From: Acidiphilium sp. CAG:727
Lineage (GTDB): Bacteria; Bacillota; Clostridia; Christensenellales; Borkfalkiaceae
Assembly (NCBI GenBank): GCA_000437515.1
Contig: FR898416.1
Span: 1 to 32,583, forward strand
Direction: 5' to 3'
DNA length: 32,583 nucleotides
The notes under the pieces were generated by a model that saw only the letters and a program-made list of their open reading frames with translations, was not told where the DNA came from and searched no databases. This document shows, piece after piece, positions 25,405-32,583 of this stretch. Every line of letters begins with the position of its first letter. Positions within the stretch are counted from its first letter, which is position 1. The position numbers and the translations under genes are program-made.

Positions 25405-25431
25405 AAAAAAAACCGACGAAAATTCGTCGGT
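25405..25431 (-). terminator. Strong rho-independent terminator after the CvpA-like gene
   Basis: accgacgaaaattcgtcggt (25412-25431) forms an 8-bp stem. On the minus strand it is followed by a T-run (A-run 25405-25411 on +). Confidence 0.85.
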
Positions 25432-25450
25432 CGTAAAATTTACGTTTCGT

Positions 25451-26152
25451 TTATTTTCGCAAATCGTCGAAAATCTTTTTGAAGGTCTTGTTAAGCGGGT
25501 TATACTCGTAAATACATCCGCCGATAACCGATGCCGAAAAATCTTCGTGCAGGGTGGTAAGTACGGGCTCGCAGAAATTATTCACGACGTCTTTAGCAAC
25601 GCTCTCTTCGGTTTCGCCTTTGGTGGCGACGTTACTATATACCCCGTCTTCGTTGAGCGCGTGCACCGCGCCGAACAGACACACGACCACGCCGATATAG
25701 ACGGCGAGATTGAACACAAGCCCCAACACGTTATCCGCTATTTTTACCCACCTTATCTTTTTTATACAGGTAAGCACGGGTGAGAAAAACAGCGACACGA
25801 TTAACTTTATCAGATAATACGTTATGACGTAACCGAGTACGAAAAACAGTAATCCGAACGGCAGATACGCGATAAGTTTCGCGACAAAACGATATTGCGC
25901 GTCGTTGAGTACAGCCGCCGCGTCGGAAGACACTTCGCCGAAAAATTTCCGCACGCCGTCAGACATATAAGCGAGCCACCCCTGACCGTCCATAAGCATA
26001 TAGACGCCGAACGCAAGAGCCGCCCCGCCGCCGAGCGCGATAACGGTACGCAAAATGCCGAACACGAAATTACGGGAAAACCCGAATTTCACGCTCGCCC
26101 AGATTACGCATATTAAGATGGCAAGTAAAAATATATCGACTAAAAAAAACAT
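25451..26152 (-). CDS. CvpA-like (colicin V production family) integral membrane protein
   Basis: The N-terminus MFFLVDIFLLAILICVIWASVKFGFSRNF... and 4-5 TM helices resemble CvpA-family proteins. The assignment rests on pattern recognition only. Confidence 0.45.
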   Translation of the reverse strand: MFFLVDIFLLAILICVIWASVKFGFSRNFVFGILRTVIALGGGAALAFGVYMLMDGQGWLAYMSDGVRKFFGEVSSDAAAVLNDAQYRFVAKLIAYLPFGLLFFVLGYVITYYLIKLIVSLFFSPVLTCIKKIRWVKIADNVLGLVFNLAVYIGVVVCLFGAVHALNEDGVYSNVATKGETEESVAKDVVNNFCEPVLTTLHEDFSASVIGGCIYEYNPLNKTFKKIFDDLRK

Positions 26153-26177
26153 AACTTTTTCTTGTTTCTCCGCTTAT

Positions 26178-26206
26178 ATTCTACCACCGCCGCGACGGTT
26201 TGTCAA
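26178..26206 (-). promoter_or_regulatory. Sigma-A promoter of the CvpA-like gene
   Basis: The minus strand reads TTGACA (26206-26201), 17-nt spacer, TAGAAT (26183-26178), then GGAGAAAC...ATG 26152. Confidence 0.6.
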
Positions 26207-26225
26207 CGTTTTTGCCTTTCGGCGA

Positions 26226-27857
26226 TTATTTTTGCGGTTTATAGCCGTCTTTAAGCGACACTATCTCGGATAAAACGAGTTTTCCGTTTTCGGTAAGTTT
26301 CTTATAGTAGCCTTTACGCATGAGTTGGAAACTCGTTCCGTCTTTGACTTCCGCAAGATATTTTTCGGCTTTACCGTTATAGACGTGAACGCTGTCGTAA
26401 TTCATACGTTCGGAAAAATCCTGCCCGGGATACGCCGCGTCTTTAAGCAGATAATCGTATTTTCTTATCTCGCAGTCTACGGCGTCGTCTGCGTTTACCC
26501 AGTGAATAACGCCCTTGACTTTAATTCCGCTGGTATCGTTTCCGCTTCTCGATTCGGGGACGTAAGAACATTTAAGTTCTTTAACTTCTCCGTTTTCGCT
26601 TAAAACGACTTCGTCGCATTTTATTATATACGCGTTTTTAAGTCTTACGTAACCGCCCTCTTTAAGCCGGAAATACTTCGGCGGCGGGTTAAGCGAAAAA
26701 TCTTCTTTATCGATATAAATATGCTTCGAAACGGTTATCTTTCTCGTTCCCGCGGCTTCGTCGTTGGGGTTGATTTCGAAATTTTCTTCTTCGTTACCGT
26801 CGGGGAAATTAGTCAACGTAACTTTAAGCGGCTCGGATACAGCCATAGCCCTTTCGGCGTGAAGATTGAGATAATCTCTTATAAAGTGTTCGAAATAACT
26901 TACTTCTATTTCGGAATTCGCTTTCGCCACGCCTATCGCTTCGCAGAAATTTTTAAGAGCCTCAGCCGGCACCCCTCTTGCGCGAAGCCCCGTTAAAGTC
27001 GGCATACGCGGATCGTCCCACCCCGTAACCGCCTTGTCTTCGACGAGTTTTTTAAGGTAGCGCTTACTCATAACCGTGTTGGTTATATTGAGCCTTGCGA
27101 ACTCTATCTGTCTGGGTTTATGTTCTACGCCCGTGTTCTCGACGACCCAGTTATAAAGCGGTCTGTGGTCTTCGAATTCGAGCGTGCAGAGCGAATAGGT
27201 TACGCCCTGCATCGAATCGCATATAGGGTGAGCGAAATCGTACATGGGATAAATGCACCACTTGTCGCCCGTTCTGTGGTGAGTCGCGCGGAGCACTCTG
27301 TAAATTACGGGGTCGCGCATATTTATGTTAGGCGAAGCCATATCGATTTTGGCGCGGAGCGTCTTTTCGCCGTCCTTGAATTCGCCGTTCTTCATCCCCT
27401 CGAAAAGCCGAAGGTTTTCTTCTACGCTTCTGTTTCTCCACGGGCTTTCTTTACCGGGTTCGGTAAGCGTTCCGCGGTTAGCCGAAATCTCTTCCGCCAA
27501 CCAGTCGCAGACGAAAGCCTTTCCGTCTTTGATGAGTTTTATCGCCCTTTGGTAAATCTCGTCGAAAAAGTCGGAGGCGTAGTGTATCTCGTACCACTTA
27601 AAGCCCAGCCATTTTATATCTTCTTTTATCGCTTCGACGTACTCGGTCTTTTCTTTCGACGGATTCGTATCGTCGAAAAAGAGATTGCACATACCGCCGT
27701 ATTTTTCCGCGGTGCCGAAGTTAAGACACAGCGATTTTGCGTGCCCGACGTGCAAATAGCCGTTGGGCTCGGGCGGGAAACGGGTATGCACTACCGTATT
27801 CACGCCTTCGGCAAGTTCTTCGTTAATAATATCTTCGATAAAGTTATTCGCTTCCAT
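26226..27857 (-). CDS. glnS: Glutamine--tRNA ligase
   Basis: Class I HIGH motif (PEPNGYLHVGHAKS) and KMSKS variant (VMSKR). NFIEDIINEEL at the N-terminus, with GlnRS length and anticodon-binding C-terminal half. Confidence 0.92.
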   Translation of the reverse strand: MEANNFIEDIINEELAEGVNTVVHTRFPPEPNGYLHVGHAKSLCLNFGTAEKYGGMCNLFFDDTNPSKEKTEYVEAIKEDIKWLGFKWYEIHYASDFFDEIYQRAIKLIKDGKAFVCDWLAEEISANRGTLTEPGKESPWRNRSVEENLRLFEGMKNGEFKDGEKTLRAKIDMASPNINMRDPVIYRVLRATHHRTGDKWCIYPMYDFAHPICDSMQGVTYSLCTLEFEDHRPLYNWVVENTGVEHKPRQIEFARLNITNTVMSKRYLKKLVEDKAVTGWDDPRMPTLTGLRARGVPAEALKNFCEAIGVAKANSEIEVSYFEHFIRDYLNLHAERAMAVSEPLKVTLTNFPDGNEEENFEINPNDEAAGTRKITVSKHIYIDKEDFSLNPPPKYFRLKEGGYVRLKNAYIIKCDEVVLSENGEVKELKCSYVPESRSGNDTSGIKVKGVIHWVNADDAVDCEIRKYDYLLKDAAYPGQDFSERMNYDSVHVYNGKAEKYLAEVKDGTSFQLMRKGYYKKLTENGKLVLSEIVSLKDGYKPQK

Positions 27858-27953
27858 AATGACAGCCTTCGTGATTTAATTGAGTATATTTTAGCACACA
27901 AAGCGAAATTTTACAATAATTTTACGCGGCTTTATATAATTAAATTATAATAC

Positions 27954-27982
27954 TTGACTTATTTCGCCAAACGGGTTAAAAT
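27954..27982 (+). promoter_or_regulatory. Sigma-A promoter of glyQS
   Basis: TTGACT (27954-27959), 17-nt spacer, TAAAAT (27977-27982). The leader before GGAGA-ATG 28036 is ~45 nt. Confidence 0.65.
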
Positions 27983-28035
27983 AATTAGCGAAATCTTTGC
28001 GAAAAGCCATTCGCAACTAAACGGAGATTATTTTT

Positions 28036-29418
28036 ATGGAAGAAAAAAGAGCCGTAACTATGGACAAACTCGTAAATCTCTGCAAACAACGCGGAATCAT
28101 CTTCGCGGGCAGCGATATTTACGGCGGCATGGGCAACACCTGGGACTACGGTCCGATAGGCGTTGAGATAAAGAACAACATCAAGCGCAGTTGGTGGAAA
28201 AGATTCGTTCAGGAAGGCGAAAACTCTTTCGGCGTAGACGCGGCTATACTTATGAACAGCAGAGTATGGGAAGCGTCGGGACACACCACGAGTTTTTCCG
28301 ACCCTAAAATGGATTGTAAGGAATGTAAAACCCGCGAACGCGCCGACAACCTTATCGAAGCGCACTCGCACGGCAAGGTCAACCCCGACACGATGTCGTA
28401 CGAAGAAATGGAAGCGTACATCAACGAACATCAGGTTAAATGCCCCGTCTGCGGCAAATTCAACTGGACGCCTATAAGAAACTTCAACCTTATGTTCGAA
28501 ACTTCGAGAGGCGTTACCGACGCGAATCAGAATAAAATCTACCTTCGCCCCGAAACGGCGCAGGGCGAATTCGTAAACTTCCAGAACGTTCAGCGCAGTA
28601 TGCGCGCCAAAATCCCTTTCGGCATAGCGCAGATAGGTAAGGCGTTCAGAAACGAAATCACGCCCGGCAACTTCATTTTCAGAACTATCGAATTCGAGCA
28701 GATGGAACATCAATGGTTCTGCAAAGAAGGCACCGACCTCGAATATTACGAACAATACAAAAAAGCGGCTTGGGATTATCTCGTTTCGCTCGGGTTCAAC
28801 CCCGAACATCTCCGCTACAAAGACCACGACAAACTCGCGCACTACGCGAAATGCGCGTGCGACATTCAATATCTCTTCCCGATGGGCTGGTCGGAACTCA
28901 ACGGTATACACAACCGCACGAATTACGATCTTTCCCGCCATCAGGAATATTCGGGCAAGAATATGCAATACGTAGACCCGGTAACGAACGAAAAGTATAT
29001 CCCCTACGATATCGAGTATTCTATCGGCGCGGACAGACTTATGCTCGCGGTTTTATCCGAAGCCTACGACGAAGAAACGCTCGAAAACGGCGAAACCCGC
29101 GTAGTAATGCGTTTCCACCCCGCTCTCGCCGCCTACAAAGTAGCGGTTCTTCCATTACAGAAAAAGGAAATGGGCGAAAAGGCAAAAGAGGTCTATAAGA
29201 CGCTTAGCAAGCACTTTATGTGTACTTACGACGACGCCGGCTCTATCGGAAAACGCTATCGCCGTCAGGACGAAATCGGCACGCCTTTCTGCGTAACCGT
29301 CGATTTCGACACTTTAAGCGACGACACCGTTACACTCCGCGACCGCGACACTATGGAACAAATCCGTCTTCCGATTTCCGAACTCGTTTCTTACGTAACT
29401 GAAAAAATCACTCTTTGA
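28036..29418 (+). CDS. glyQS: Glycine--tRNA ligase (homodimeric alpha2 type)
   Basis: MDKLVNLCKQRGIIFAGSDIYGGMGNTWDYGPIGVEIKNNIKRSWW, class II motifs (FRNEITPGNFIFRTIEFEQME), and a C-terminal anticodon-binding domain. Confidence 0.94.
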   Translation: MEEKRAVTMDKLVNLCKQRGIIFAGSDIYGGMGNTWDYGPIGVEIKNNIKRSWWKRFVQEGENSFGVDAAILMNSRVWEASGHTTSFSDPKMDCKECKTRERADNLIEAHSHGKVNPDTMSYEEMEAYINEHQVKCPVCGKFNWTPIRNFNLMFETSRGVTDANQNKIYLRPETAQGEFVNFQNVQRSMRAKIPFGIAQIGKAFRNEITPGNFIFRTIEFEQMEHQWFCKEGTDLEYYEQYKKAAWDYLVSLGFNPEHLRYKDHDKLAHYAKCACDIQYLFPMGWSELNGIHNRTNYDLSRHQEYSGKNMQYVDPVTNEKYIPYDIEYSIGADRLMLAVLSEAYDEETLENGETRVVMRFHPALAAYKVAVLPLQKKEMGEKAKEVYKTLSKHFMCTYDDAGSIGKRYRRQDEIGTPFCVTVDFDTLSDDTVTLRDRDTMEQIRLPISELVSYVTEKITL

Positions 29419-29444
29419 TACAAAATTTCATAGATTAACGCAAG

Positions 29445-29480
29445 CCCGCGAAACGGATCAATCGTTTCGCGGGTTTGTCG
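29445..29480. terminator. Bidirectional terminator between convergent glyQS and the MATE gene
   Basis: cccgcgaaacg (29445-29455), 7-nt loop, cgtttcgcggg (29463-29473), followed by tttgtcgttt. Confidence 0.8.
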
Positions 29481-29481
29481 T

Positions 29482-30855
29482 TTATATCTCGTCGATTTTT
29501 GTTTTGATAGCCTGCCGCAAAAATACAGCCGAAACTATACAAGTCAGAACTTCCGCAATCGGGAAAGTCCACCACACCACGTTTATAACGTCTGCCGAAA
29601 GCGTAAACAGATACGCCACGGGGAAAGTAAACGCTACGAGCCGTAAAAACGCGGTGATAAGCGGCTTTACGGCGTAGCCGAGAGCCTGCAACACGCCCTG
29701 AACGGCGACGTTAAACCCCATAAATACGAAACTCAGACTCGCAATTCTCGTCGCTTTGGCGCACACGTCCACGAGAACCGAAGAACTTCCGCCCGACAAT
29801 GCGAAGAGTTCCGACAGCGGAACGGCGATTATCTCGAACAACGCCGTTATGATAAGCGTAGTTATAAGCGTATCGATGATTCCGTATTTCACGCACGCAA
29901 GCGAACGCTCTTTATCTTTCATTCCGTAGTTGAACGACAACACGGTAATAATAGTATTAGATAAGCCGAAAGCCGAAAAGAGAGCGATTTGCTGAATTTT
30001 ATAATATATTCCGAACGAGCCTACGAGCACGGTCGAATCTGCGTTCGCCGAGCCTAAAATCGCGTTCATACCCGCCATCATAACGGACAAAAGAGCCTGC
30101 ATCAACGCCGCCGATATACCTATTTTATAGACGGCTTTAATAATAGCCAGTCGCGGTCTGATATGTTTCGGATGCCCGCAAATTTCTTTGTTAAGGCAAT
30201 AATGCAACGCCATTGCGATAAAAAGCGAAACGAACTGTCCGATAATCGTCGCCCACGCCGCGCCTTCTACGCCTAACCCTAAGGGGAATATAAAAACGTA
30301 GTCCAACACGATATTCGTTACCGCGCCGGAAATCTGCGCTATCGTAGAAAACATAGTTTTGCCCGTGGCTTGCAAAAATCGTTCGTATACCGCAAAACCT
30401 ATCGAACCGAGAGAAAAACAAACGCAGATACGAAGGTACGCCGCGCCCATTTTTATAACGTCGGCGTTCGTTGAAAACAACCCGATAAACCAATCGGACA
30501 AAAATAATCCGAAAAATAAAAAGACGGCGTATATAATCAAACATAAAAATATGCCGTTGCCCGCTACGGCGTTGACTTTTTCGGTATTGCGTTCGCCCAG
30601 ATTTTTCGATAAGAGAGCGTTCAGACCTACGCCCGTACCCACGCTTACCGCGATAATCATAATCTGAACGGGGAACGCAATCGTGAGAGCCTCGTTGGCA
30701 CGCGCGCCCGAACCCTGCATATTCGCTACGAATACGCTGTCGACCACGTTATAAAGGGCTTGCAGAACCATTGAAATAATCATGGGTAAACCAAGTTTCC
30801 AAAAGAGTTTTTTGACAGAGTCCGTCGCCATTTTGTTTTGTCGTACTTCTTCCAT
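29482..30855 (-). CDS. MATE family efflux transporter
   Basis: 12-TM protein. The N-terminal SVKKLFWKLGLPMIISMVLQALYNVVDSVFV is typical of NorM/MATE. AAAGGTG sits 5 nt before ATG 30855. Confidence 0.88.
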   Translation of the reverse strand: MEEVRQNKMATDSVKKLFWKLGLPMIISMVLQALYNVVDSVFVANMQGSGARANEALTIAFPVQIMIIAVSVGTGVGLNALLSKNLGERNTEKVNAVAGNGIFLCLIIYAVFLFFGLFLSDWFIGLFSTNADVIKMGAAYLRICVCFSLGSIGFAVYERFLQATGKTMFSTIAQISGAVTNIVLDYVFIFPLGLGVEGAAWATIIGQFVSLFIAMALHYCLNKEICGHPKHIRPRLAIIKAVYKIGISAALMQALLSVMMAGMNAILGSANADSTVLVGSFGIYYKIQQIALFSAFGLSNTIITVLSFNYGMKDKERSLACVKYGIIDTLITTLIITALFEIIAVPLSELFALSGGSSSVLVDVCAKATRIASLSFVFMGFNVAVQGVLQALGYAVKPLITAFLRLVAFTFPVAYLFTLSADVINVVWWTFPIAEVLTCIVSAVFLRQAIKTKIDEI

Positions 30856-30887
30856 AATTCACCTTTAATCCGAATTAAAAAAAAGCC

Positions 30888-30926
30888 AAAAAAAATTGCG
30901 CAAATCCGGGAAAATCGGATTTACGC
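30888..30926 (-). terminator. Terminator after rsmI, located in the MATE leader
   Basis: gcgcaaatccg (30898-30908) / cggatttacgc (30916-30926) with 1 mismatch. On the minus strand it is followed by aaTTTTTTTT. Confidence 0.65.
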
Positions 30927-31031
30927 ATATTTTTTGCAACTCATTTTCGTTTGGAATTATAACTTATTTTTGCGGAAAAAGCAAGTTTTTTTTCGCCTCT
31001 TTAATAAGAAAAAATCATAAAACGCAATATC

Positions 31032-31832
31032 TTAAATCGTATATTTGTACACTTCCGATTTTTTAAGTCCGCGTTCTTTCGCCACTTTTTTTACGGCTTC
31101 CATTTTAGTTAATCCGTCGGCGACGTAAAGGTCTATCTGCTCTTCTATCGAAAGCGTATTAAGCGGATTTTCCTGCGTTTTACCGCCCTCTACGACGATG
31201 ACGTATTCACCGCGCGGTTCTTCTTCGGAAGTTCCCTGCGATAATTTAATTCTCTCTACGCTTTCGTGAATTTTGGTTATCTCTTTTACTATAGCCGCTT
31301 CGCGATCGCCTAAAATTTCACACAGTCTGCTTATCGTCTTTTTAAGGTCGTGCGGCGCGCTGTAAAAAATCAGCGTAGACGGCAAATTTATATAAGGCGC
31401 AAGCAATTTTTCCGCCTCGTTCTTTTTTTCGGGCAGAAAACCTATAAAAGAAAACCTGTCGGAATCGAGCCCCGAAAGTACGAGCGCGGAAGTGAACGCC
31501 GTAGCGCCCGGAACGACCGTATAAGGTATCCCCCTTGCGTGAAGTTCTTCCGCCAGCGCGTTGCCCGGATCTGAAACGAGCGGCGTTCCCGCATCCGAAA
31601 TAACGGCTACGTTAAGCCCTTCTTCAATCATCGCGATTATCTTTTCGCACTCGGTTTTTTCGTTGAATTTATGATACGCCACGAGGCGTTTTTTAATATC
31701 GTAGCGGTTTAAGAGTTTAAGCGAAGTACGCGTGTCTTCGCAGGCGATTACGTCTGCCGAAGACAATACCTCTACCGCCCTGTACGATATATCTTTCAGG
31801 TTACCAATCGGCGTGGAAACGAAATATAGCAT
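31032..31832 (-). CDS. rsmI: 16S rRNA (cytidine1402-2'-O)-methyltransferase
   Basis: LYFVSTPIGNLKDISYRAVEVLSSADVIACEDTR and SDAGTPLVSDPG; tetrapyrrole-methylase-fold RsmI. Confidence 0.92.
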   Translation of the reverse strand: MLYFVSTPIGNLKDISYRAVEVLSSADVIACEDTRTSLKLLNRYDIKKRLVAYHKFNEKTECEKIIAMIEEGLNVAVISDAGTPLVSDPGNALAEELHARGIPYTVVPGATAFTSALVLSGLDSDRFSFIGFLPEKKNEAEKLLAPYINLPSTLIFYSAPHDLKKTISRLCEILGDREAAIVKEITKIHESVERIKLSQGTSEEEPRGEYVIVVEGGKTQENPLNTLSIEEQIDLYVADGLTKMEAVKKVAKERGLKKSEVYKYTI

Positions 31833-31833
31833 T

Positions 31834-32544
31834 TTACTCCTTTTTGCTTACTGTCGGCGTAAGCCGGTTGTTTATAGGCGGCAAAACCGTAAACTTGCGT
31901 CTGACGCCCTTTACCCCCTCAACCATAAACAAATACGGCTCGACGGAGTTCCCCGTATAGACGAATTGCAGTTTGCACGGCTCTAACCCCGCGCTCCGCA
32001 TTTCGGCGAAAACGTCGGTAAACCGCTCTATACGCTGGCATACGCAAAATCTTCCGCCGTGACAAAGCAACCTTTTGGCAGCCGAAACTATTTCGGGGAA
32101 AGTAACGGTCAATTCGTGGCGGGCAATCGCCACGCTCTTTATCGGGTTCGTTTCGCCGGAACCCGCTTTTTTATACGGAGGATTGCACAAAACCAGCGAA
32201 TATCCGCCGTTTTCGTCGCAGGGCAATTCCTGTAAAGGGATATTCTCGACGGTAAATACGGATTGCAATCCGTTATACTCGATACTTCTTTTGCATATAT
32301 CCGCGAGTTCGGATTGAATTTCGACTTCTTTAACCGATTTCACGTCTTTATGCAAAGCGTAAAAATGCAACCCTATTATCCCCGACCCGGCGCATAAATC
32401 CATTACTTTATCGCCCTTTTTGAAAGAAGCGAATTTAGACAAAAGAACCGCATCGCTCGAAAATCTGTAAAGGTCTTTGCTTTGTATAATTTTAAGCCCG
32501 TCGATTAAAAGATCTTCGAGCGTTTCGTTTTCTTTTAATTCCAT
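31834..32544 (-). CDS. SAM-dependent N6-adenine methyltransferase, YabB / TrmN6 (YfiC)-like
   Basis: SAM motif DLCAGSGIIG and catalytic LCNPPY. It lies immediately upstream of rsmI, as B. subtilis yabB lies close upstream of yabC. Confidence 0.75.
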   Translation of the reverse strand: MELKENETLEDLLIDGLKIIQSKDLYRFSSDAVLLSKFASFKKGDKVMDLCAGSGIIGLHFYALHKDVKSVKEVEIQSELADICKRSIEYNGLQSVFTVENIPLQELPCDENGGYSLVLCNPPYKKAGSGETNPIKSVAIARHELTVTFPEIVSAAKRLLCHGGRFCVCQRIERFTDVFAEMRSAGLEPCKLQFVYTGNSVEPYLFMVEGVKGVRRKFTVLPPINNRLTPTVSKKE

Positions 32545-32583
32545 AATCAGTCGTTAGTGATTGCTACGGGAAAGGGCCGCCGC

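Noticed and set aside
27858-28035. Possible glycine T-box leader upstream of glyQS
   Set aside because: The promoter at 27954-27982 leaves only a ~45-nt leader. I found no specifier-loop/T-box (AGGGUGGNACCGCG-like) sequence or terminator, and 178 bp shared with the divergent glnS promoter is too short.
27985-28968. 327-aa minus-strand ORF
   Set aside because: It is antisense to glyQS, whose identity is unambiguous, and its composition is an R/F/V-rich shadow frame. The same reasoning applies to 27120..27950 (antisense to glnS), 20279..21079 (antisense to ecfA2/ecfA1), 12952..13659 (antisense to murC), 18740..19225 (antisense to truA), 5318..5782 (antisense to birA) and 7390..7872 (antisense to pncB).
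1-32583. Scan for rRNA, tRNA, CRISPR arrays, IS elements, integrases and prophage genes
   Set aside because: I saw no spaced direct-repeat arrays and no tRNA-like cloverleaf signatures (GTTCGAATC-type T-arms). I also saw no transposase (DDE) or tyrosine/serine recombinase motifs in any frame. The AT-rich blocks therefore lack an identifiable mobility gene within this window.

Overview
This is a Firmicutes/Clostridia-type chromosomal window, inferred from gene order: lspA-rluD, veg, ecfA1-ecfA2-ecfT-truA-rplM-rpsI and yabB-rsmI. Most of it is housekeeping: yigZ-recX-birA, pncB, murC, an ABC-F ATPase, glnS, glyQS and a MATE pump. Three regions stand out.

(1) 21.8-25.4 kb is an AT-rich minus-strand block between two strong terminators. 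It holds a start-less remnant of an RHS/YD core end (NLFAYANNNPVKYYDPDGR) fused in frame to an xHH-type HNH/EndoVII nuclease toxin domain. Three tandem paralogous ~300-330 aa proteins follow with tight coupling (TAAgATG). They look like 7-bladed beta-propellers and lack signal peptides. I read this as an orphan polymorphic-toxin cassette with a possibly undescribed immunity family.

(2) 0.98-3.87 kb has a consensus sigma-A promoter, a c-di-GMP-I (GEMM-I) riboswitch signature and a terminator. These precede three secreted proteins that share an unusual signal-anchor end motif (SKYV/AKNL). Two are TasA/camelysin-like and one is a DUF285/BspA-like repeat protein.

(3) 9.6-12.1 kb carries two copies of a modular interspersed intergenic repeat. 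They bracket veg, a zinc-ribbon/poly-acidic protein and a very AT-rich XRE + SLOG(DUF1273) pair.

No rRNA, tRNA, CRISPR array, transposase or integrase was seen. All calls come from reading the sequence and translations by eye; no searches were run.
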